From contig JAWXAQ010000015.1 of the NCBI GenBank assembly GCA_034439575.1, positions 160,001 to 224,000 on the forward strand: a stretch of 64,000 bases of DNA, read 5' to 3'. The notes beneath the pieces were generated by a model. That model was not told the origin of the DNA and did no database searches. It worked only from the letters and a program-made list of their open reading frames with translations. The stretch's first letter is position 1. Every line of letters starts with the position of its first letter. Shown here piece after piece: positions 39,727 to 47,672 of this stretch. Made by a program: the position numbers and the translations under genes. Source of the stretch: Leptospira sp. (GTDB taxonomy: Bacteria; Spirochaetota; Leptospiria; Leptospirales; Leptospiraceae).

Positions 39727-40587
39727 ATGAAAATTAAAATATTCAAAATTATCACATTATCGATACTAATCGTTTTTTTTACAAATTGCGAAGACAAAAA
39801 TAATTCTCAAAATAATCAGGCCGTACTCGGTCTATTACTTGCAAGTAGTCAAAGTACAAATACTGGAACAAACACTAACACTTCTTGTCCGCAAGGTACT
39901 GTACCATCAAATATTCCCATTGCCACTACTGTGGTTTCCGCGAATTCCACAGTGAGTGGTTTTAATAATTCCACAAAGGCTGTGAATGGGATTTGTGGTG
40001 CGGGGAATAATTCTGGAGGCTTGGATGTTTATGCTCTCAATCTAACGGGAGCAGGTGCCACTTTGAAACTTTCTTGGGCAGGAAAATCTGTAAAAAATGT
40101 CTCAGGTATTGATTTTATAGTCTATGAGAATGCCTTCCAAGTAAGTGAAACTAGCGATCGTTATCTGTTAGATCCAATGGTAGTCGAAGTATCTTCGGAT
40201 GATGTAACTTATTGTGGTTTTACTTTAACATATGATTCAACAGCATCTACTCTAAATAAGATTTCTTCTTGGGGAGGATTTGCTGGATTAAGGCCAGTCA
40301 TATACAATATGACTTCTAAAGTATTCACATTGGATGAATTATTCACTTCAAGCGGAGATGGTTTTTTGTTAGGTGGTGGGGACGGGTTTGATTTAGATAA
40401 TTTAATTACAAGCGCTAGTTGCACGACAACGATTAGAGATTCTTTAAAATTGAATGGGATAAAATTTATAAAAATGGTTTCCGCTTCGGCTGTTACAAAT
40501 CCTAACACCGGAAACGTTTATACGTATCCACATGCGTTCGATAATGCCAGTGATATTGATGGTGTAATTGCTAAAAGTGTAGAATAA
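39727..40587 (+). CDS. Surface lipoprotein, BtuH-like / leptospiral LIC13355-like
   Basis: Lipobox FTNC, Thr/Asn linker, N..G.DFIVYENAF, P.VVEVS.D, GDGFDL, IKFIK and DIDG motifs. Confidence 0.7.
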   Translation: MKIKIFKIITLSILIVFFTNCEDKNNSQNNQAVLGLLLASSQSTNTGTNTNTSCPQGTVPSNIPIATTVVSANSTVSGFNNSTKAVNGICGAGNNSGGLDVYALNLTGAGATLKLSWAGKSVKNVSGIDFIVYENAFQVSETSDRYLLDPMVVEVSSDDVTYCGFTLTYDSTASTLNKISSWGGFAGLRPVIYNMTSKVFTLDELFTSSGDGFLLGGGDGFDLDNLITSASCTTTIRDSLKLNGIKFIKMVSASAVTNPNTGNVYTYPHAFDNASDIDGVIAKSVE

Positions 40588-40631
40588 ATAGAATATAAGT
40601 ATTTTCGAATCTTTCAATAAAAATGAATTAC

Positions 40632-41414
40632 TTAAACGGAAATTTCAGCGATGAGGACAGTTATATTATCAGTACCACCTTGTTCATTTGCGGCAGTCAC
40701 AAGGGCATTCACCGTATCGTCACCATTTGTTTCTGATAATATATTAGCTATTTCTTTCGCAGATAAAAGACCATGAAGACCGTCTGAACAAATTAATATC
40801 TTATCTCTAGGTTTAATTTTGATTTTAAAATCGACTGGCTTTATTGTATGCGAAGGGCCTAGCGCTTGTGAAACGACGTTTCTCTGAGGATGACTTTCAG
40901 CTTCTTTCGGAGTAATTTTACCCATGCGAACTAAATTGGAAACAAAGGTTTGGTCTTCACTTATTTGATTGAATTCACCATCTCGGAATAAATACAATCG
41001 GCTATCTCCCACTTGAGCACAATTAGCACTCCCCCCACTCAGATAACAACTCGTAGCCACAGCACCCATTCTTACTAAATCTGGATTTTGCTCTGCTAGT
41101 TTTTTTAAATGTTCATTTGCTTTTTCTAAGGCAACAACGGGAACTCGACTAGATTTTTCTTTTTCGATTTCTAACCAATGTTCTGCGATATAATTTACAA
41201 TACTTTGGCTCGCGATTTGACCACCAGCAAGTCCACCCATACCATCAATTGCGGCGAGAAATATTCCATCACCACGAAGTGATAAATTTGTCCAAGCTTG
41301 TTTATTTTCCGTTTGTGAAATTTCTGAAATTTTACCTCTGATAATGATATAATTATCTTCGTTTAAACTTCTTCTTCTTCCAAGATCACTTTTTCTATAA
41401 ACGGATACCTTCAT
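40632..41414 (-). CDS. PP2C Ser/Thr phosphatase (PrpC/Stp type)
   Basis: GRRRSLNED, DGMGG..GG..AS, VGDSRLY, HPQRN, CSDGL and GGTDNIT; real start ATG 41414. Confidence 0.92.
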   Translation of the reverse strand: MKVSVYRKSDLGRRRSLNEDNYIIIRGKISEISQTENKQAWTNLSLRGDGIFLAAIDGMGGLAGGQIASQSIVNYIAEHWLEIEKEKSSRVPVVALEKANEHLKKLAEQNPDLVRMGAVATSCYLSGGSANCAQVGDSRLYLFRDGEFNQISEDQTFVSNLVRMGKITPKEAESHPQRNVVSQALGPSHTIKPVDFKIKIKPRDKILICSDGLHGLLSAKEIANILSETNGDDTVNALVTAANEQGGTDNITVLIAEISV

Positions 41415-41425
41415 TAGCGAAATTT

Positions 41426-42190
41426 TTATACGGCTGTCCATCCACCATCGACAGGCAGAGCGACTCCCGTTATGAATGAAGCGCCTTCTCCTAGTAACCA
41501 AACACATGTTTGCGCTATCTCTTCAGGTTTTGCTAAACGACCTAGGGGATGCATAGCTTCTATAGCTTTTTTCGTTTCTTCTGGTTTACCAAATGCATTC
41601 ATAATGATATCACTCATATCTGTTTCAATGACACCTGGACAAATCATATTCACACGGATCTTTTTCGAAGCATATTCCAATGCTATACTTTTCGTTAATC
41701 CAACAATTGCATGTTTTGTGGCGGAATATACAGCATTTCCTTTATAACCAACTAAACTAGTAGCTGAACCAACATTGACTATAGAACCACCATTTGTTTT
41801 CATCATTGCGACTTCTTCTTTTAAACAATGCCATGTGCCTTTTACATTCACATCAATGACAGACATTGCTAAATCATCTGGATACTTTTCGATCATAGCA
41901 ATGGTTCCAAGTAAACCCGCGTTGTTTACTGCTAAATCTAATTTGCCAAACTTGGCTTTTATTTCTGAAAACAAATTTATAATTTCTTCATGTTTTGAAA
42001 TATCACATTTTATAAATATCGATTTTGGAGAATGTATGGAAATTTCACTAAGAGCTTTATTTCCCAGTTCTACTCTCCTACCAGAAATCACGACAATTGC
42101 CCCACGTTTTCCTAGTTCACGGGCAATATCCAATCCCAATCCAGATGTACTCCCAGTAACAAGCGCTATTTTACCTTCAAAATCTTTCAT
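41426..42190 (-). CDS. SDR family oxidoreductase
   Basis: TGSTSGLG, NNAG, YSATK and ITG..LPVDGG. Confidence 0.93.
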   Translation of the reverse strand: MKDFEGKIALVTGSTSGLGLDIARELGKRGAIVVISGRRVELGNKALSEISIHSPKSIFIKCDISKHEEIINLFSEIKAKFGKLDLAVNNAGLLGTIAMIEKYPDDLAMSVIDVNVKGTWHCLKEEVAMMKTNGGSIVNVGSATSLVGYKGNAVYSATKHAIVGLTKSIALEYASKKIRVNMICPGVIETDMSDIIMNAFGKPEETKKAIEAMHPLGRLAKPEEIAQTCVWLLGEGASFITGVALPVDGGWTAV

Positions 42191-43036
42191 TCATTTTCTA
42201 CCTTTTGAACCTTGGTTTTTGGGAGCATCCTTTACTTTTCTTTGATAGGCTTTCGCTAATTCTTCCGCTCGGGAAAATATAGAATTTAAATCAGAATATT
42301 TTCCATAATTTAGTTCTTCCGCCAAACTCAAATTATATCTGATTTCATTTAAACAAGCAAACAAGATATCAAGGGCCCTAATCTTTTCACGACGATACGG
42401 GGATTTTCTTGCTCTGGCGGCAGAATTTACTGCTTTTACGCTATATTTGCGAAGTCCAGAGGCTAATATTTCTTGTTCGTGACTTGGCAAATCATTGGCT
42501 ATCGTATATACATTTTTTAGTAGTTTGAGTGTCGTGATCCAAAGTGGAAATCGTTTATACACCTCACCAAATTTACGCATCTCTTCAGAGGTATTCTTGA
42601 TATCTAGTTCTTTTGCCGCAATTAGATCTAAAAATTCCTTTGGAATTGGGACAACTTTCCTTTCTTCATAATTAAAAAATAATACAGAGATACGGACTCT
42701 TGTTACAGAGACCATACCATGATCTTTTGTTAGATGAAAAAATAACTCAAATGACTTTTCACGCAAATTTTCTATAGTAACTTTTGCTTCAACTAAATCG
42801 CCAAAGAGTAGCTCAGATTCGTACGTAACCGTCGCATTACTAAAAATGATGCTACGTCCATAAATGTCCAAAACAGAAAATCCAAGGTATTGGAAAAATT
42901 GCAAATGAGCTTCTAGTACAAGATCGAGTACTGTCGCAAACGAAACATGTAATTCCCCCCAAAGGTCCGTTTTGCGGATTGGGATCTCAGTCTTAAAATG
43001 ATATTTACTTGGGAGTGGTAAATCGACTTTCGCCAT
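42191..43036 (-). CDS. Hotdog (thioesterase-like) domain fused to a four-helix-bundle (23S rRNA IVP/Avd-like) domain
   Basis: aa 1-140 resemble 4HBT/YbgC hotdog proteins; aa ~159-270 match the four-helix-bundle pattern (LW..L..VY..LP..E..L.S.LRK...L.EIRY.L.LA.EL.Y). Confidence 0.7.
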   Translation of the reverse strand: MAKVDLPLPSKYHFKTEIPIRKTDLWGELHVSFATVLDLVLEAHLQFFQYLGFSVLDIYGRSIIFSNATVTYESELLFGDLVEAKVTIENLREKSFELFFHLTKDHGMVSVTRVRISVLFFNYEERKVVPIPKEFLDLIAAKELDIKNTSEEMRKFGEVYKRFPLWITTLKLLKNVYTIANDLPSHEQEILASGLRKYSVKAVNSAARARKSPYRREKIRALDILFACLNEIRYNLSLAEELNYGKYSDLNSIFSRAEELAKAYQRKVKDAPKNQGSKGRK

Positions 43037-43037
43037 A

Positions 43038-43487
43038 TTATTTTACCGAATATCGATTCCTGAATGTTTCAGGTACATTCATGGTTTTTTTATCTTTATA
43101 ATCAAAGAAAATTAACACGGTTTTTGCGACCGAAGCAATTTCGCCATTTTCTTTTTTAACAACTGTAATTAATTCAAACGATTTATTTCCGAAATTGGTA
43201 GGTGTTAATTGGAACGTTAAAACTTCACCAGCTTTCACTTCGCTTTTAAATTCGACTTCCATCTTCGGCACAATGATATTTGAACCAGCTATGTTCCATT
43301 TTGAATCCCCAGTGGATGATAAAAACAAATCAAAGGCTTCATTCACAAGTAAAACCATGTTTTCATATGTCACATGACTTACATAGGCACCAGAAGCGGT
43401 GATAGCACTGCGAGCATCTGCATGCCTTACTGGAAATTTTGTCTCATAAGCAAAGTCAGTTGGTATTTGGATTCCTGTATCAGCCAT
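43038..43487 (-). CDS. Hotdog-fold thioesterase family protein
   Basis: PVRHAD...HV, EVEFKSEV..GE, GNKSFE and FFDYK..K...VPE.FR. Confidence 0.8.
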   Translation of the reverse strand: MADTGIQIPTDFAYETKFPVRHADARSAITASGAYVSHVTYENMVLLVNEAFDLFLSSTGDSKWNIAGSNIIVPKMEVEFKSEVKAGEVLTFQLTPTNFGNKSFELITVVKKENGEIASVAKTVLIFFDYKDKKTMNVPETFRNRYSVK

Positions 43488-43631
43488 ATCACTCCGAATC
43501 TTTAATCGAAATTAAGTTCTTCTCCTCAAATATCGACACTTATATGTACGTTCTTTAAAAAGCAAAAAACTAGCTGGACAAAGCTAGGGAATCACTCTAT
43601 ATAGTAAGCTACTTCAAACCTCGGAGAATCC

Positions 43632-44906
43632 ATGGTAGAAAGAAAAAACCAACGAGTTGTCATTACTGGTATAGGATCTATACTACCGAATGCACTCACT
43701 GTCTCTGATTTTTGGAGTCATCTAGTCAAGGGTGAATCGCAAGTAGATTTTTTGACTAGGTTTTCTACTGAAGATTTGAGAGTCAAAACGGGTGCAGAGT
43801 TACGCCAATTCGACTATAAAGAGCATTTGAAAGATTTAGATCCTGCCCATGCGAAAAATTATAATCGAGAGACATTGGCCATCATGTCCGCATTAAGCGA
43901 TGCACAAAAAGATGCAGGACTTGACAAAAATACAGTCGCACCTAACAGGGTTGGATTTATTGACTCCTCTTCCCGCGCATCACTTGCTTGGTGGGAACAC
44001 GCATGGAATTTATATAATGAATCAAAAGACGATTCACATTTTAATAAATACGCCGTTCTGACTTCAATGGCCTCAAATCCGACCAATCTAACAGCAATTT
44101 ATGCGAACATCCAAGGGTTTGTCACGACAATAACAGCCGCTTGTGTGGGCGGTCATCACGCCGCAGCACTTTGTTTTCAAGCAATCAGAAAAAATAGAGC
44201 TGATGTGATGTATGCGGGAGGGCACGAGTTCCCTCTCCTTAAACCGCTTATGAAAATGTATTCCGATCCTTCTAGTTCAGTGATGTCTCCTGAATCTGTG
44301 AATCCAAAAAATGCCATGCGACCTTATGATAAATCCAGAGAAGGGTTTGTACTCGGTGAGGGAGCCATGTGCCTTTGTTTGGAATCATACGACCATGCCA
44401 TAAATCGTGGTGCTAGAATCTATGCGGAAATAACTGGTACTCTTAGTTACAATGAAGCAAGTCATGCTATGCGAATGGATATGACGGGCGTTAAAGCTGC
44501 CAATGGTATGAGTGATTTACTTCGCATTAGCAAACGCTCTTTGAAAGATTTTGATTATTTTTGTGGCCATGGAACTGCTACGTATAATAATGATTTGGCC
44601 GAAAGCCGCGCTCTAAAATTATTATATGACGGGGCACCAAAAACCACTTGGGCACCACTTGGATCTATCAAACCCATTTATGGTCATACGTTTGGTGCCG
44701 CTGGTATCATCAATTTAGCAGCCTCTGCTCTAATGATTCACAACCAAACACTTTGTCCGACGATTAATTTGAAAAATCCAGATGATGAATGTGACCACGA
44801 TCATGTGGCAGAAGGCTCGAGAAAAATCAAACTCAATAATATTATGTCATTGGCATTTGCCATAGGTAGCCAATCTTCATTCGTCAGTTTAGCCAAAGCA
44901 GATTAA
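43632..44906 (+). CDS. Beta-ketoacyl synthase, FabF/KAS II-like (divergent)
   Basis: RVVITGIG, TAACVGG (Cys), GFVLGEGA, GHGTAT (His) and SIK..YGHT (His); the GFGG motif is replaced by AIGS. Confidence 0.88.
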   Translation: MVERKNQRVVITGIGSILPNALTVSDFWSHLVKGESQVDFLTRFSTEDLRVKTGAELRQFDYKEHLKDLDPAHAKNYNRETLAIMSALSDAQKDAGLDKNTVAPNRVGFIDSSSRASLAWWEHAWNLYNESKDDSHFNKYAVLTSMASNPTNLTAIYANIQGFVTTITAACVGGHHAAALCFQAIRKNRADVMYAGGHEFPLLKPLMKMYSDPSSSVMSPESVNPKNAMRPYDKSREGFVLGEGAMCLCLESYDHAINRGARIYAEITGTLSYNEASHAMRMDMTGVKAANGMSDLLRISKRSLKDFDYFCGHGTATYNNDLAESRALKLLYDGAPKTTWAPLGSIKPIYGHTFGAAGIINLAASALMIHNQTLCPTINLKNPDDECDHDHVAEGSRKIKLNNIMSLAFAIGSQSSFVSLAKAD

Positions 44907-44912
44907 TATTCT

Positions 44913-46667
44913 ATGAACCAAAGAATCGCCAAAAGATTTGAAGACCCTGACCAAATGGTAAAAGAAATGTTACCACTTGGTGCTTCAATCCATTTGGCGG
45001 CGACTATGTCTAGACCCAATGCATTGATATACGCTTTGACTAGACAATTCTTTGATAAAAAGCCAGACTTCACGATCAGTGTGGCAGGTCTTCATTCCAG
45101 TGCTCATGCTCTTACTATGGCAGGTGTGATCAAAAAAGCCATCATAGGATTTGCGGGCGACAATTACCCACGTCCGCAACCAAATGCTCTTTATTCAAAT
45201 ATCTTAAAGGGAGAACCTTTCGAAGTAGAACTTTGGTCTCTCCTAACATTGATTCAACGATTGCAAGCAGGGGCAATGCGTTTACCCGGATTTGTTACTA
45301 ATTCACTATTGAAAACCGACATGATTACAGACAAATTAAATAAAACTGTGCATGTTTATCCTTCACCGGATTCAACGGAGAAGGATCCAAAAAATTTTGC
45401 AGTCGTACAACCACTTAACCCAGATTTTACTTTAATCCACGCAGTTCTTGGCGATGAAGATGGAAATTTACTCCTTACAAATCCTTCAGGTGAAGGAATT
45501 TGGGGAGCCATGGCCGCTACTAAAGGTGTGATAGCAACTTGTGAAAGAATTGTCCCAAGAGGTTCAATACCAGCAGAACTTATATCTATTCCTGGGACCA
45601 GAGTGATATCTATCGCCGAAGCTAAGTTTGGTGCACATCCTCAATCATTGCGCATATTTCCACTCCCTCATCTTGAGATTTATAATGAATTGTCAACTTA
45701 TATGGATGACTACGAGTTTCAAATTGATGCAAACCATGCGGCGGCTGGAGATGAAAAACTAAAGAAACGTTGGATGGATGAATGGGTTTATGGACCGAAG
45801 AGCCATGAAGATTACCTTCGTTATGTGGGCAGCCAACGCCTCAGAAAATTAACAAAACTTCCAGACCCTCAACCCATGTTACCGCCCCAAGATGCAGAAT
45901 CAGTCAATGATTCCGAACAAATGATCATTCTTGCCGCGAGAGCCATTATGGAACATGTGAAACGGCGAGGATATACGACACTCCTAGCTGGAATCGGAGC
46001 CGCACATATCGCTTGTTGGACGGCCGCTCGCCTTCTTGCCAAAGAAGGAATTCCGGTTCACGTCATGACAGAACTCGGTTTTTATTCCATGACACCTTCT
46101 GTGGGAGATGTATTTCTCTTTAGCCAACTTCATGCCAATGGATCACAAGGTCTTTCGGACATCACACAGATTTTAGGTATGCTCGTTCCCGATAAGTGTT
46201 TGGGAGTGATGGGTGCAGCAGAAATAGATTGGTTTGGAAACGTGAACTCTATTGCCACAGCAAAGGGAAAATTTATCGTAGGTTCGGGCGGTGCCAATGA
46301 TATTGCCTCAACAGCAGATTGTATTATTGTAGCAAAAGCGATACGTCAAAGGTATGTAAGAAAGGTCAATTTTATTACCACAAATGGGGATAGAGTCAAA
46401 GAAGCGGTTTGCCAATTCGGTCGATTCAGAAGGGATAAAATGGAACATCTTTTTGAATTCACTAATTGGATAGCCCCTCCCTCAGATCCCGAAATGGAAG
46501 TGGAAGAAGCAGTTTTAAAATTCACAAGTTGGTTTCCTCCAGATGAAATTCCTCCCAAGGATGAGCCAAAGCCCACTTCTGAGGAATTGACAATTCTTAG
46601 ATCACTTGATCCAGATCGAATTTATATAGAGCAGTTTATGGTTTACAGAAGCCTTCCAGGAGATTGA
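44913..46667 (+). CDS. Fused alpha/beta class I CoA-transferase (GctAB-like)
   Basis: PDFTLIHA..GDEDGN and GAHP (alpha part); LAGIG, MTELG, GAAEIDWFGNVNS and GSGGAND (beta part). Confidence 0.82.
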   Translation: MNQRIAKRFEDPDQMVKEMLPLGASIHLAATMSRPNALIYALTRQFFDKKPDFTISVAGLHSSAHALTMAGVIKKAIIGFAGDNYPRPQPNALYSNILKGEPFEVELWSLLTLIQRLQAGAMRLPGFVTNSLLKTDMITDKLNKTVHVYPSPDSTEKDPKNFAVVQPLNPDFTLIHAVLGDEDGNLLLTNPSGEGIWGAMAATKGVIATCERIVPRGSIPAELISIPGTRVISIAEAKFGAHPQSLRIFPLPHLEIYNELSTYMDDYEFQIDANHAAAGDEKLKKRWMDEWVYGPKSHEDYLRYVGSQRLRKLTKLPDPQPMLPPQDAESVNDSEQMIILAARAIMEHVKRRGYTTLLAGIGAAHIACWTAARLLAKEGIPVHVMTELGFYSMTPSVGDVFLFSQLHANGSQGLSDITQILGMLVPDKCLGVMGAAEIDWFGNVNSIATAKGKFIVGSGGANDIASTADCIIVAKAIRQRYVRKVNFITTNGDRVKEAVCQFGRFRRDKMEHLFEFTNWIAPPSDPEMEVEEAVLKFTSWFPPDEIPPKDEPKPTSEELTILRSLDPDRIYIEQFMVYRSLPGD

Positions 46668-46668
46668 T

Positions 46669-47652
46669 ATGAATAGCATGGGTGCAGGACAGTTAAAATA
46701 TTTAGGTGTTGAATTCCGCGGAGTTGGACACTACCTCCCCGAGCGAATCGTGTATAACGATGAAATCCGTTCTCGATTGAAATACCCAGAAATGCACCCA
46801 GCAGAAAAAGCTGTGATCGGAAATATTGGTGTCACGGAACGTCACCGTGTAAATGAAACAGAGACGGTTCCCTTTATGGCAATGAAGGCCGCACAAGACG
46901 CATTAGCTGATGCTAAGATGAAACCGGAAGATATTGATTTATTTATTTTGGCCAATTGGACAGACAGATACTACCTTCCCGATCTCGCACCTCAAGCCTC
47001 AAAACTAACAGGGACAAAAAATGCACTCGCCTTTGATATTTCAACAGCTTGCACTGGTTTTGTGCATGGCGTTCAAATGGCGGCATGTTATTTACAATCT
47101 GGTCGATGGAAAAACGCCCTTGTCATCGGTTCTGAACGATTTAGTGTCAGAACAAGAATGGGTGGATATGGTGAATTTACTGCGGGTGATGCGGCGGCTG
47201 GTGTTGTATTATCGCATACAGGTAGTCAGACGACAGGTCTTATTGATTCATTTTTAGTAGATGAGGCAGACTTAGCCGATATTATCGTGACAGGTCCACC
47301 ACCACAAAGTTATGTGAAAAGTTATCCTGAACTTGTGACAAATGCAGCAGACCTCACATTGAAAGCATTTGATATGCTTATGGAAAAACATGGCTTAAAA
47401 GAAACCGATGTGGATTGGGTAGTTCCTCATCCAGGTACAGATATTGTTGTTCAAGATGTACTAAATCGGATTAAATTCCCGCGCGAAAAAGTATTGGGAA
47501 ATTTTGACAGAGTGGGAAACGCATCGGCGGCTTCAATCCCTATCGTTATATCGGAATATTATAAAAAAGGAATAATCAAGAAAGGTCAGCTGTTGTTAAC
47601 ACCTGCTGTCGGTGGAGGCTTCTATTGGGGTGGCCTTCTTTTCCGTTTCTAG
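46669..47652 (+). CDS. FabH/KAS III-like condensing enzyme (divergent)
   Basis: DISTACTGF (Cys), GDAA, PHPGT (His), GNASAASIP (Asn) and GGGFYWG. Confidence 0.88.
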   Translation: MNSMGAGQLKYLGVEFRGVGHYLPERIVYNDEIRSRLKYPEMHPAEKAVIGNIGVTERHRVNETETVPFMAMKAAQDALADAKMKPEDIDLFILANWTDRYYLPDLAPQASKLTGTKNALAFDISTACTGFVHGVQMAACYLQSGRWKNALVIGSERFSVRTRMGGYGEFTAGDAAAGVVLSHTGSQTTGLIDSFLVDEADLADIIVTGPPPQSYVKSYPELVTNAADLTLKAFDMLMEKHGLKETDVDWVVPHPGTDIVVQDVLNRIKFPREKVLGNFDRVGNASAASIPIVISEYYKKGIIKKGQLLLTPAVGGGFYWGGLLFRF

Positions 47653-47672
47653 TTTAAAAAGAGAGTTAAAGT

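Noticed and set aside
41472-42245. Plus-strand ORFs of 91 and 156 aa
   Set aside because: Antisense shadows of the SDR gene. The same applies to most short ORFs nested in longer genes (e.g. 39027-39377, 49181-49537, 56685-57080).
42191-42562. Diversity-generating retroelement suggested by the Avd-like domain
   Set aside because: No reverse transcriptase and no TR/VR repeat pair seen in the window; the domain is fused to a hotdog protein.
43570-43587. CTAGCT-N6-AGCTAG palindrome in the divergon promoter region
   Set aside because: Only a single 6-bp arm pair and no adjacent DNA-binding regulator; may be chance.
43632-47652. Calling the ketosynthases housekeeping fabF and fabH
   Set aside because: Divergent motifs and no acpP, fabD or plsX context; gene symbols withheld.
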